From the NCBI RefSeq assembly GCF_009914755.1, contig NC_060926.1: 64,000 nucleotides of DNA. One strand, written 5' to 3'. A model generated the notes under the pieces. The model made no database searches. It had not been told where the DNA came from and saw nothing but the letters and a program-made list of their open reading frames with translations. Positions 41,055 through 54,510 of the stretch are shown piece by piece. Position numbers and translations under genes: made by a program. Numbering within the stretch: the first letter of the stretch is position 1; each line of letters begins with the position of its first letter. This DNA is from the human T2T-CHM13v2.0 reference genome, Homo sapiens.

Positions 41055-41330
41055 CAGACTGTGTTATTAGAATCTCCTGGAGAACTTTTAAGTATACAGA
41101 TTCATAAGCAGATTTCTGGGCTCCAGTAAATCTAGGGTAGCTTCTAACATTCTATATTCTTAAGTAGTCATCCTGGCACCAGACTCAATTCCTGGGAATC
41201 ACTGCTTGATCAGTCTGTTGATTGAGAGAGGCTTTGTATACACACCAGTGCATCTCAGAGTGTAGTCCTTAGACCATCTGTGTCAGAATTACCTAGATTG
41301 CTGTTTAAAAATGCTGGCAGAAAATGTGCT
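41055..41330. mobile_element. MER5-type MITE fragments
   Basis: ATTAGAATCTCCTGGAGAACTTT...AGATTTCTGGGCTCC and AGTGTAGTCC...GACCATCTG...TCAGAATTACCT. Confidence 0.55.
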
Positions 41331-42116
41331 AATGAACTTACTTATTTATTTATTTATTTTGTAAGAGAATTGCTGTAGGAATGCCTGGTTATTTTTACAT
41401 TTACCTATTTAGGAACAAATAGCTACAACAGATGGCAACCATCTCTAAACACTTAACTCATTGAGGAGCGGTGTTCCTACCTTAGCTTTGATGTTGCCAT
41501 GTGATCACAAGCTACTGGAACATGACATTGCTACCTCAGCTGATTCTTGGCATCTGAAAACCTGAGATCAGGAGCTGCCTACATGTTCAAAGAGCTTCTG
41601 GTTCTTATAGAGCGGATGTGGATAAGTGACTTTGTAGGCCAAGCCTTAATCATTGTATTAAATAAAAAAGGAGTGAGGAGGTTGACATTTGCATTTTTAA
41701 AAAGGTAGTTTCTTTTGCCTTCAAACCAGTTTAGATTCTGACTGTTGTTGTGTTAGACTCTAGGAATTATCTCCTTCAAGGTCTTCTATAAAGTTGTTTG
41801 TTAGCAACTGAAAAACAGAAAGGTATGTTCTGTCACTTGTCTACCTAAATGGTAAATTAGATAAGATATTAGGGCTTTGACGGTATATCCAAATTAAGTC
41901 CAAAGAAATTTAGAAATGTACACTATATATATATTTTACATTTTTATTAATATTTATGTTTTTGTAAATGTTTTGTAAATAGATTATATATATATACAGT
42001 GTACATTTCTAAATGTTTCAGTGAAAAAGTCACATATATATATAGACAGAAAGTAATTGGCAGTTCAGAAACCCATTTGATAGCATGACAAAATGGTGCA
42101 AAGGGAATAGAGATGG

Positions 42117-42466
42117 TGATATAGTTTGTCTGTGTCCCCACCTAAATTTCATCTTGAATTGTAGCTCCCATAATTCCTATGTGTTGTGGGAGCGACCTGG
42201 TGGGAGATAATTGAATCATGGGGGCAGGTATTTCCCTTGCTGTTCTCATGATAGTGAATAAGTCTCATGAGATCTGATGGTTTTATAAAGGGAAGTTTCC
42301 CTGCACAAGCTCTCTTCTCTTGTCTGCTGCCACACCTTTCACCTTCTGCCATGATTGTGAGGCCTCCCTACCCACGTGGAACTGTGAGTCCATTAAACCT
42401 CTTTCTTTTGTAAATTGCCCAGTCTTGGGTATGTCTTTATCAGTAGGGTGAAAACAGACTAATACA
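42117..42466 (+). mobile_element. THE1B MaLR solo LTR
   Basis: TGATATAGTTTG...GTGTCCCCAC...GTTTCCCTGCACAAGCTCTC...GACTAATACA with TG...CA ends. TSD GATGG/GACAG. Confidence 0.9.
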
Positions 42467-43093
42467 GACAGAAAGATAAAATTTGATTGAATTGGACTGG
42501 TTAGAATCAGTGTTTCACTGAAAAATTCACTTAAGCTTTAACACCAAATTGAACAATTGTGTGGGATATTTTACAAGATTCTCCAATTGGTGTATTTATT
42601 TATTTATTTATTTATTATTTTTCAGTTTGACTAATCTGATTTTGGTCCCACAGCTTTTCTGCTGCTGACATCCTTCCCCCTTTCCTTTCCTAGCATCGCT
42701 TGCTCAAGGCCTCCTTTTAAGATTTGTTTCCTCTCAAAATTCCTGGCTCTTGTTGCCTCAAATAAAGCCTTTCATGGAATGGCTAAGAAACAGGTATAGA
42801 TGGTTGATGTTTTTATTCTCAGCCCAAGAGGAGGACATAGATTCATTCCTTGAGGTGAAAGTTTCCCTGGGATATAAGCTTCAGGAATGCATGGATTATA
42901 TTGGTCTTTTTCTCAATTGCATATCCTCATCATTAACTTCCATCTTTGCTCCCTACTCTATATACTTGCATATATTAAATAAATGCAAGAGTACATTTTA
43001 AAAATACTTCCTGTGACTCTCAGCAATCACTGGAAATTGGAAATCTATGGAGAATATTTTTTTTTTTTTTGTGAATAAGTGGAAGAAACTTCA

Positions 43094-43437
<344 letters not shown>

Positions 43438-43789
43438 CGATGAAGCTTGGGGAAAAGGAAATGTTGTGACTGGATTACCAAGGACCTACCATTTCTATGT
43501 TTCCAAAAGACCAATAAACTCTGATTACATAATCATTATTTACTATATTCCATGTATATATGTCTATTAAGCTTATTCAGTTAGAAAAACATGCAGGATT
43601 CCAAGACCATGGTCTGAAACTCTAAGTCCATCTTGATCTCTATTTGCAGTGATTGAATTATCTTTGCAATCCCCAACCCGCCCAATATCTTGCACACATG
43701 AAACTTTCAATAACTACATGTTGGATAGCTAAATGAAATGAATGAATACACTAACAATTTTACATTCTTAAAGAAAGGTTGCTATTCTA

Positions 43790-43910
43790 AAAGTTACTAT
43801 TACTATGCCCATCTTACAGATAAGAAAATTGAGACTTGGAGAAGTCTCACAGCTTGAAAATCGAAGAGCCTAAATTCAAATTTAGGCAGTCTGATGTCAG
43901 AGCCTGCCCT
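43790..43910 (-). mobile_element. MIR
   Basis: ACTATTACTATGCCCATCTTACAGATAAGAAAATTGAGACTTGGAGA...ATTCAAATTTAGGCAGTCTGA. Confidence 0.7.
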
Positions 43911-45080
43911 GTTCTACATACTGAAAGTACAAAGAAAGACAGACCCAAACTCCTATCACAGACCCAAATTCCTATCACTCTCTGATTAAAGGAATCCTTT
44001 GAGTAAATAGGATTTGAAAACCAAGGCTATGTCTACTCTTGGAATATGTCATGATTTTATGAATTTAAATCATATTGACTCTTGGTCCTTGTCTTCTCAA
44101 ACAAGCAATCCAGACTTTTTGTGCATCACTGGGATATATCAGTGAATGTTAGTTTTAAGACATTGCAAATTAAAACCTGGTTTTAGAATTAGTAACTAAT
44201 TTTATGGGCATTAGATTAACCTGACTATCTAAAGCATCAGTTGCTCAAAATATTTTATCCTTAAATAAAATGCTATATAAAGATCCACATGAAAACTAAT
44301 ATTTACACGCAAATACACATACACACAAACACACAAATGTATAGCTCAATGAACTCTACTGAAATTACAAAATTAGAGAGTTTTAGCATTAATTTTTTTC
44401 CAGGTGTCTGCTTCAAAACTTTCAAAGAGGAATTTGGGGAAGTTTACATTCATGGGGTAGAGGTGGTTTTGTGTGTTTATATGAGTGAAAAAATTTGTGT
44501 GTGTGTGTGTGGGGGGGGGGCTCACACTCACCTCCATGGTGCATTTACTGCATTGGTAATGCACCTGTTTACTTGTTTATACCTCTACTTTTCTGCAACC
44601 TTCTCAAGGGCAAGGTGTTTTACTTACCTTTGACATCCTGGTACCTAGTACAGTGCATTACAAACATCTTCAATAAATGGTTGTTGAATAAATTACTGAG
44701 AATGGCAGATGGTGTTGAAAGAGTTGAAAATATTCATTGTGCTATATATTAACACCTAGGAGAGATAACTTTGTGCTACTTGGCAGATGTGGGGTCTCCA
44801 AAGGAGAGGGGGTTCCTGAAGAACTAAGGCTCACTGTCCTCCTTTTATTTGTGTTTCCACAGACAAAGGAAACAGGAAACAAACAGTTAGTAATCTTGAT
44901 GGCATCAAAGTCCAACTGGGGCAAGAAAATGTTTTCACCAGGCAGGCTACTACTTCTCATTTGTGGTATTTGGGTACAGTTTCAGGCACCAATATAATTT
45001 GAACATGATAGCAACTTGTCAGTTTATTGCTACATTAAACCACTGAAAAACATAAGGCTCTGATAAAAAGGTGACAGAAG

Positions 45081-45214
45081 AGCCAGGTTCAGTGGTGTAT
45101 GCCTGTAGTCCCAGCCACTCAGGAGGCTGAGGCAGAAAGATCACTTGAGGTCAGGAATTTGAGAGCAACCTGGGCAAAATAGTGAGACCCCGTCTCTAAA
45201 TAAATAATTAAAAA
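45081..45214 (+). mobile_element. Free left Alu monomer (FLAM)
   Basis: Single monomer GCCAGG...CCTGTAGTCCCAGC...GTGAGACCCCGTCTCT followed by an A-rich tail, with no right arm. Confidence 0.85.
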
Positions 45215-47079
45215 TACGTTTTGAAGATTAAAAAAGAAAAAGAAAAAAGGTAGCAATTATCATATAATGTAATGGTGAAACTGCAGGTCACTTTACCAAC
45301 TTATGTAAATTAATCAAGGGTTTTTCTTTCTGCAGAAATGAAAAGCACACGTTTTTGAAAACAGAAACTATCCCTTCACTGCTTTTGGCAAATAATTGCA
45401 TTATTATTCATTCTGAGAGGAGTAACTAGTTAATTATAGCATGTCACAAGTATTTTATGTGAGCCAAAGATTTGTAAGGCTGAGGACTGCACGAATGCCT
45501 TTAAGGTTTTTTGTGTTTTCTTTTCTTTTCTTCTTCGTTTTTTCAACCTATCTCAGTCTTTTGACATTTTGACACTGCGATTACATAGATCTCTTTTCTT
45601 CTAGGCTACAAAGAAAAAGAATCAGCCTTACTCGAAAATAATAATTTCAGGGGTCTGTATGTGGTAATACTACCCTCTGAAAATCCTTCAAAGAAAATTA
45701 ACATTGACTGAAAACCTTAGCTCTCTGAATTATAAGATAGAAGAGAAATAGGAAATAATTTTTAAAGACCACTTGATGGAGTAAGGAACTTAAATTATAG
45801 CAGTAAAAGGTAGCATTTGAGACAACTCACATACATTTGTAACTATCTCATCAATATTTTCGGGGGGTTTGACATTAATTTAATTCCCTGCCTCACTTGA
45901 AATGGCTCTTCCAAGGATGATCTGCAATGAGTTAAATAAGCTTCTCTGTGTATTTAGAAGTGCCTTGTCATCTGCCAGAGTGTGAGAATGCAGAACCTGG
46001 CAGCTAGCAAATTACATATTCATGTGTCTGGTTTGTGGCTGCCCTCTAATTTCACTAGATTTTGTTTCATCTATTAAACATGGCTGTCACTTATTCCTCT
46101 CCCAAGGTCTTTGACTTGGTGTCCATTCCGTATTTTGACCATACAATATTCCTAGTTAGTTTCAAAGCACCCAACTATACCGCAGTGAGGCTGGCTTTCT
46201 GGTTGTTTCGGACCTTAACTGTGGTTTTTTTGTTTCTCTTGAGGGTGTCTGTCTCTGGGGCCATTACGCAGACCCTCTCTGGCCTGGCCAGTAAATAAGG
46301 TCAGAGCTGCTGTCTGTGATCCCTGTCAGATCTGTAATGGATGAACTGCATTATATTAATAACAGTAAAAACAGTGTGTACCTTTCATTCAAGATGCTTA
46401 TGATACTTTAAGCCCATTTACTCATTAACTCTCACATCACTCCTTTTGATGGAACTTGATTATAAGTATTTTATCTGTAAGGAAACTGCAGTGCAGGAAT
46501 GACTGTGAGTTGTGAGAGAAAATGAGGTAAGAGATGTGAAAATGCATTGAAAAATTAAACCCTGTATTCAAAGGGTAGAAAAGCATTAACTGACTGGTAA
46601 GGCTAATAAGTCTCCCATGTCATTACTCAGGTCTCAGGTGACTTTTTTTTTTTTTTTTTTTAACTTATAGTGGGCAATCCTTTTAGTTTTGAAATCTAGG
46701 AGGAATGAATAATGCCCTTCTCCAGAAACATTACCCAGGACTGCACTCAGGTTTTCCAGGGTGGCCAGGCTCATCTTGCACGTGGAAAAAGCTTAGTTGC
46801 CATTAGTATCGATCTCTTTATAAGGATGCAAAACATAGAAGTTGGCCCATTACATGGGGAAGGTCTTGGGAATACTGGTCCTCACTGATCAGAAATAGAC
46901 TAGGACAACAAATAGCCAATCAGAGGAAAACTGAGCTGCGAAACTCTTGCCCTGGGTGGTCCCAGGACTTCCAAAAAACGGAATCACATTTTGAAGAGAG
47001 GGAACTATTGCTGGGAAAGAGACTGATGGCCACATATTGAAATAATGTCTAATTATAATAAAGACAGATGGAGAATGTG

Positions 47080-47260
47080 ACTACAGGTTGGAACTTGGTA
47101 TTAGACCTCTATTTAATGAGGCTTATTTACTAGCTGGATGGCACTGGGCTACTTCACTTTCCCAAGCTTTAGAATCCTCACCTGTGAAAATGGAGATAAT
47201 GACTCAAGACTGTAGTCACTAAATGCATATCAACTGCTTAACAAAGTTTCTGAGAAGTTG
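47080..47260 (+). mobile_element. MIR
   Basis: TTACTAGCTGGATG...CTACTTCACTTTCCCAAGCTT...TCCTCACCTGTGAAAATGGAGATAAT. Confidence 0.65.
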
Positions 47261-47304
47261 TAATCAAATACATACTGTCCATCATTAACTTCTGGCTTTC
47301 AAAT

Positions 47305-47470
47305 CCTGGATTTCAAATTCTGGATGCAGATCAAAATCTTCTGTGGCATACTTAAAAAAACCAGATGACTGGGTTGCAACTCAGAGATTCTCATTTAGGA
47401 GGTCTGGTGTGAGGCCTAGGTAGTCGCTGTTGTCAAAAATGCTACGGGTGATTCTGATGTGCAGACATGG
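47305..47470. mobile_element. MER5A
   Basis: CAGAGATTCTCATTTAGGAGGTCTGGTGTGAGGCCTAGG...GGTGATTCTGATGTGCAG. Confidence 0.75.
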
Positions 47471-50400
47471 TGAGTTGGAGTTATATTAGATACTCTTTCT
47501 CACCCTCTAAGACTAAGAGATTTTCCAGATTTACTGTATATAAGATTTATTGTGACAAATTTTGGTGCAATAATATCTGGAGGGGCATTCAGAAATCAGT
47601 ATCTTAAAGCAAGTTAGCTCTTTCTGTGGGAGAAGGTTTGCATCCCCTATTGAGAAATCTCAGCTACTCTGACTCCAGCCACATCTTTTTTCCCTTTCCT
47701 ATTCATTCCATTTTAAGAAATTTAATATTCTTGTTTAATGTACACTATTCAGTGACATGCTTTAAAAGGCTTTATTCATATGGCACATACTCCATGCAAT
47801 GTGTTTGGTGTCAGATGAGAGGGACAGGTGATTAAACACACTGATCTAAAAAACATCAGTGGCAAAGCTGTCAGCAGAATTAATTTGCCAAGTAAAACCA
47901 AGACCAAGTGGCAGAAAAGGGGGTGAAATTATCATGAGGTTCCCCTGTGTCTGGCGCCTTGCTCCTACTTCCTTAAGACTCTTTTGTTTAATGCTCATAA
48001 GATAGGGAGGAGGAGGTGGAAAGTGAACTGTCTGGAAAGAAGAGTAGGATTTAGATGAAGAAGAGTGGTGGAGAGAATGCCTGGGGAAATGTATGGAGGA
48101 AGACAGTATACAGTGTGCTGGGAGGATCACAGATCAGTCTGATTAGAATGAACTCTTCCCATCCAATGTGGCTGAACACAACGCTCTAGACAGATTGCAA
48201 AGGGCCTCAATTCCAGTCCAAGGAGTGACCTTTATCTTCTGGGGAATGAGGAGGCCTGAAAGGTTTTTGAGCACAGTGTGATGAGAAGGTCAACATGATG
48301 AAAGCGGTGCTTTAGAAAGATGGCGCTAGCAGTAGAGTGCAGGCAGAGGGACTAGTTCCCAGGCTACTGCTGTTAGGTATAGAGACAAGGAAGGAAAGCC
48401 CCAGAGTGAGGCATTCACTATATGGAAGAAAAGGAAGAATCATTAGGGCTTGGTGGCTCGCTACTTAAGGCATATTGTAGTGAAGCACTAAGGCAAAAAT
48501 GTCACCCCATGTCCTTCCTGCTCTACTCTTTCCTGCTTTTTTCCTGATCTGTACTACGTTCCAAACTAGAAACTTATTATAGGAGCTGCCAAGCTCAGGG
48601 AGGGAGGCAGCTGTGTGTGTGACTCAGGAAAGCTTTCTTTCCTCATAGGGAGAGTTTTCTGCCCTCACTATTGGGACAGAAGCAAACAGGCTTCTATCAC
48701 AACAGTGACAGCATGCAAGCACCCTTAACTACAGCTGAAGGAGAATAATGCCTTGTATTAATGTATACTCTGCCTGGTTCCAGGGTTGATTTAAAATGAC
48801 TGAAACAAAACCACAGGGGCAGCAGAGACTTATTAACGCCCACTGTGTTAGTGAGCAAACAAGGCTCCTTTCGAGGCAGAAGTTGCTCCCACGTCCCTCT
48901 TCAGTGCATATGATAGATGGAAGCAGGATTTAATTCTCCATCCATTGTCATAGGTCACGATTGCCTTTTCCTCAGGATTATTCTTTCTTTTTAGAAGTAG
49001 CTGCATTTACATCTTAAAATACTCAAAGCAAACAATTCTTCCTCATGTACGTTTTTAAAAGTATCTTGAAGCAAAATTCCTCATTAGCATCATGTGTATG
49101 TGCTTGCTCATTAAGCTGGAAAACATATTCAATAACCAAGGGTAACTTCATGATCACAGAGAAGTGCGGTCGCTCCGACTGGATGGGTCTTTATACACAC
49201 CTGAGTCAGGAAGCATGAAAACCCCAGAATAAAAAGTTGGAAGGAAAAACAATACAATAAAGTTACTTAAAAAAATCACTTTTGAATCATGTGGTAGACT
49301 AGATTCCCACTTGCTGCATTCTGTCATTATCATATTGAACGTTTAAGCACATTCCCAAGCGCCAGGATTCCCACACCCACTTTAGTGATCGGGGTGGCTT
49401 CGTGTTTGTGTTTTACCAACTGGCCCTCTGTTATGCTTTCACTTGACAAAAGGCTTTTAGGAGTAAATGTGTATGAACATCATTACAGTTTAGATTTCCC
49501 ACGAAACTGCAATTTCACATCATGCCCTTGGATTTTATCCATGAAAGATAAGAAACAACAGACAAATTACAGCTTTGCATTCTGGTAAAGTTGCTAGTTT
49601 GAAAATAATTGGCCACTACATTGTTCAGGTGGCTTTTATTTGTTTGGCTTATGTTTGTTTATCTTATTGTAAGAACACTCATGATAATTATTTTCAGAGA
49701 ACACAAGGTAGTCCTACCTGGTGATATGGCACATCTCCTTTTATTAGATAATCGAGTCAGTTATAAGATCTTTTGTATTTTCCTTTGGTCTTGGCTCTCA
49801 GGGAGCTCAGAGATAAGCAGTGAGTAAGTGTGTGTGATTGTGCGTGTGTGTATATAAAATGAAGGACAGGTGGTATATGAAAACAACAAATCCTCAATTT
49901 CACAAGTTTCAATAGATTTTTTCATCTTATGATATAAAGGTAGGAAAATAAGGTGACATTTGTGCACTTGCAACAAATCATCATGGAATTAATTCTTAGT
50001 GTTTTTGTAACATGTTATTTCCCAATTGATGTTTGCTAAAGATTATACTGCTATAATTGAGTATAAAAATAAAGTACTAATGAAATCATGCTGGTATTAA
50101 CTCTTCATAATTAGAACTGATACCAAATGTTTACCCTTCATGATTATATCAATCTTTTACTTACTGATTTTGGGGTCAATTTACTTTAAATTTACTTTAA
50201 AAAATAATATTTAATACATATTATACCATGCTATAATAAATATCATATTTGAATGAAGACAAATATAATAGAAATATTTATAGGAGTACTGTACTTGAAA
50301 CCTGGAAAGAGAAGACGGGAAATATGATTAAGGTAGGAGAACACCTTAATTTTATCTGTAATATTATGGTTCTTAAGATCAAAAGCAAATATGCTAAATG

Positions 50401-52425
50401 TTTGCATCTGTTCAAATTAGGTGGTAGAGCACAAGTATTATATTACTTTTAATATTTTCAAAACACTGTACTTTATCATTTAAAATAAAAATATTAGTTT
50501 TGACATTTTGCTTAAAAATGTTTAAATTATCAACCTTGGTAAATAGTTTTTGCATGATTTTGATCAGGAAAGTTTATTTCTAAGTTGTTTAAACAAACTT
50601 TGAAAAAGAAATATGTGCATGGAGACATTCCACTGGACCAAGATAATGTTTCTTTGTAAACAACTATTTGAGTTTGTGTCTGTGTAAAAGCGACTTTCAA
50701 GCAGAGTTTATCATATGAAGGGAATCATCTCTCTCTTTGTCCTCATCTTATGTGTTTGTCCACTAAAATGTTAAACTCAAAAACACATGGTGGCATTTTA
50801 GTTTACAGGCTCAAACCAGCCGTTCCTCACTGACTTCCTGCAGTATTGCCGGTGAGTTCTGATTGCTCCGAGAGAGGACTGTGTGGTCAGAAATAGTTGT
50901 GAGCTATTCTGAAACTCTTGCGATGAAGGTCTTTAAGTAGAAATATTTCAACATTTTGCCTTGAAATAAAAATGCTTCTGAGTTTCTCAAAAATATTAAG
51001 CTTTAAAAAGTAAGAAAGGAAAGGATCTGTGAGTACCCTCCTAGAGTGAACCCCAGGTAAGGTCCTCTGGTCAAAGGTGTTTGGAGGTCTGCAGCTATTA
51101 CTGCCACTTTTTTTTTCCCCCCACTGAGGCATATACCTTTTAGTTTACCATAGATCTCATTTAATTCAATTGAATCACATAAGTGTAGCTGAGCACCTAC
51201 TTGGTACCAGGTACTAGGCTGAACATCAGAGACAAAGATGATGCTTGTGATTACGGTTGGCAACAGAGATCACAACAGAAGGAGGAAAACAAATATTCAT
51301 AAAACAGAGTCATCAGAGCTTGGGCTTGTTAGCATGAAAATGTATTTTGCTATCACTGAGCAGTAATAACTACTTACACCTGGCGGGTACAAAAAAGCTT
51401 TCACGGAGGATGTGATGCTTAAGCTGGAACTTGGAAAAGGAGTAGAATTTCAGCAGGTGGTCTCCCTGGTGCCTTCTAACAAGAGGACATGTAAATCCTT
51501 TCTCCACTGAGGATTTCCCCCTAACAGTGTCATTCTCATCCCAGATAAGTCAAGTAACTCAGAATTGTATTTTAACCTAAATCTATCATTCACTCAAAAG
51601 CATTTTTTAGGTACTGATAATGGGCTGAATTCCTCATTGCAAGATTCATGGGTCTATGTATTTTTCACTAAACTGTGTGAAGAAAACGGGTTGGAGATTA
51701 AGTGACTATAGCTACAGATAAAGAAGGAACAAAGAACCTAGGAGCATCCACCCCAGGAAGGAAGCATTCCCCAATGATAAAGAGCATAGTTGGAACCCTG
51801 GACACTTACAAATCACTGAATAATTTACTGATTGGAAGGACATTAAAGAAATGCTGAAAAATCAAACAGGAATCCTCATTAATCCATTCATTCACTCAAC
51901 CATTCTATGTGGAGTGGCTACTCTGTGCAAAACACTGTGCTAGGGGTCAGGGAAGGCAGAGGAACTTGCTAAATTCACGTAGCAAAGGATCCAGCAGAGA
52001 AGAATCAGCAAAGACTGCAAGGGTGGTAGGAAGACAAGAATGAGCTGGATAAACAATTGATATTATTCTTAAGCCTGAGTGTACAAAATGGTTTTGCTCT
52101 TGGCTTCATCTCAGAAGACTTTTTAAGCTGCATAAACAAATGTAGACTTTTCTTTCAATAATAGTAAGTGGATGCTACAGGAATATAATATGTTTTTTTA
52201 AATGGGTGTTTTGAATTACTTCTAAGAGGAAATATCATTTTTATGAAACCAACAAGCTATTGACAAACATTAGACTTATCAGTTATTACCTGAAATTTGG
52301 CAGTATTTTAATTACTGTAATTTGTTTGGTCAATGTATATATTATATATAGTGTGTAAGAGAGATCTGATTCATCTTTACCCAGTCTAGTCATCCATTTT
52401 ATACATTGTCAGTCTTCTATTTTAA

Positions 52426-52801
<376 letters not shown>

Positions 52802-53594
52802 TTATCTTGTTTTCAAAATAAATATCTTTAAGTGTCACACTATATATGGACATAGCATAAAACATAAATTCTGTTTAAATAAGTTAGCTTATAGTTGATT
52901 ACAATTTAAAATCACTGGGTGATAACTTTTGTTGTGTCTCTGAATAGTATGTGTTCTATACCTTTGTCACTGACATAAGGTCTACTGAGACTTGACAGTT
53001 ATCAGGCAGGCAGATTTGGAGCATGCTTAGATAGATTATCATCACACACATATCAAGGTACAATGGGACCTGGGCCAACAAACCATGCAGGATACTTTCA
53101 TTATTCATCCAAATGTTGTATTAGCTAGGGGCCCCTTCACAGGAGTTGAAGTTTAAGCTTATGTTTTCCTTGATAAAATGCTAGCCCCTAAATAAATGAA
53201 CTAGTTTGTTCTCTAATTTAGGATTTTTTTTCCTAATCGGCAAAAGTACTTTTAAAATGTAAAGTTCTAATCAAAAGTAACAGAATATAATTAAAAATAT
53301 GTAAAATATTTAGAAAGAAATGTGATGACTTTAACTTTGTATCATACTCATAGATTACAGAGTCACTTGGATCACAAAATACTCATTATAATGTTAGGAA
53401 AAATTACCAGTATATAAATTGGAATACAAAGGTATAGAAAAATTAGTAAAAATGTATACAAATTAAAAATACTCCTCCTTGATTATAGAAAAACCTAGAG
53501 GCTAGTCCACAATTAGGATACTAAGATGCTCAGGATATAAAAAACAGCAAAAGATAAGTCCATATGTATAAATTACCAGGGAAATAAGAGAGTT

Positions 53595-54510
53595 TCTGAA
53601 TTGCTCTCCCATTTCTACTTGCCTTTCCTCAAGTCAGTTCATGCTGCAGCTAGGGCAATGCCTTTAAAATGTAAATGAGAATCAGTCCCTTGCTCAAAAT
53701 CTAGCAAAGGCTTCCTTCCCCTGGACCTTAGAATAAAACTTGTAGTCCTTACCGTGGTTCATGAGGCCCTGTGTGATCCGGCTCTTGACTACCTATGCCA
53801 TTTTATTTCTGATCAATCTTATACACTCTTTCCGTGCTCCAACCACACTAGACTTTTACTGCTCCTCCAACATGCCACATGCTTCTGCCACCAGCACTTT
53901 TCACTTGCTGTTCCCTCTGCCTGGAATGTCCTAATCTCAGATACTTGCATGGCTCAAATATTACTTTTCTAACAAACCTACCCTGAGTGCCCTATCTAAC
54001 ACAGCACCTATTTCCTCTCTGAATCATGGTATATTACATACTTTTTTTTTTTTTTTGAGACAGTCTCGCTCTATCCCCCAGGCTGTAGCGCAGTGGCACA
54101 ATCTCACTGCACTGTAACCTCCGCCTCCTGGGTTCAAGCGATTCTCATGCCTCAGCCTCCAAGTAGCTGGAATTACAGGCGCCCACCACCATGCCCAGCT
54201 AATTTTTCTATTTTTAGTAGAGACAGGGTTTCGCTATGTTGACCAGGCTAGTCTCAAACTCCTGACCTCAGGCGATCCGCCCGCCTTGGCCTCCCAAAGT
54301 GCTGGGATTTACAGGCATGAACCACTGCACCTGGCCCATACTTGATTTTTTTAATTGTCTGTTTTCTTCACTAGAATGTACACTTACACATAGAAAGTGA
54401 CCTTGTCTGCTTTGTTCAGTGTTGTACTCTTCACAACTAGAACAATGGTTGATGCAAAATAGGCACTCAATAAATATTTGTTGAAAAAATGAATAAGTAA
54501 ATGAATACAT
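53595..54510 (+). mobile_element. L2 3' end, split by an Alu
   Basis: GCTGTTCCCTCTGCCTGGAATG before the Alu; CTAGAATGTA...AGGCACTCAATAAATATTTGTTGAA...TGAAT after it. Confidence 0.8.
54042..54336 (-). mobile_element. AluSx-like, full-length
   Basis: CTCCTGACCTCAGGCGATCCGCCC; TSD CATACTT at 54037-54043 and 54337-54343. Confidence 0.92.

Noticed and set aside
41817-41831. Androgen-response-element-like AGAAAGgtaTGTTCT
   Set aside because: The left half-site lacks the critical C, and such partial matches are common.
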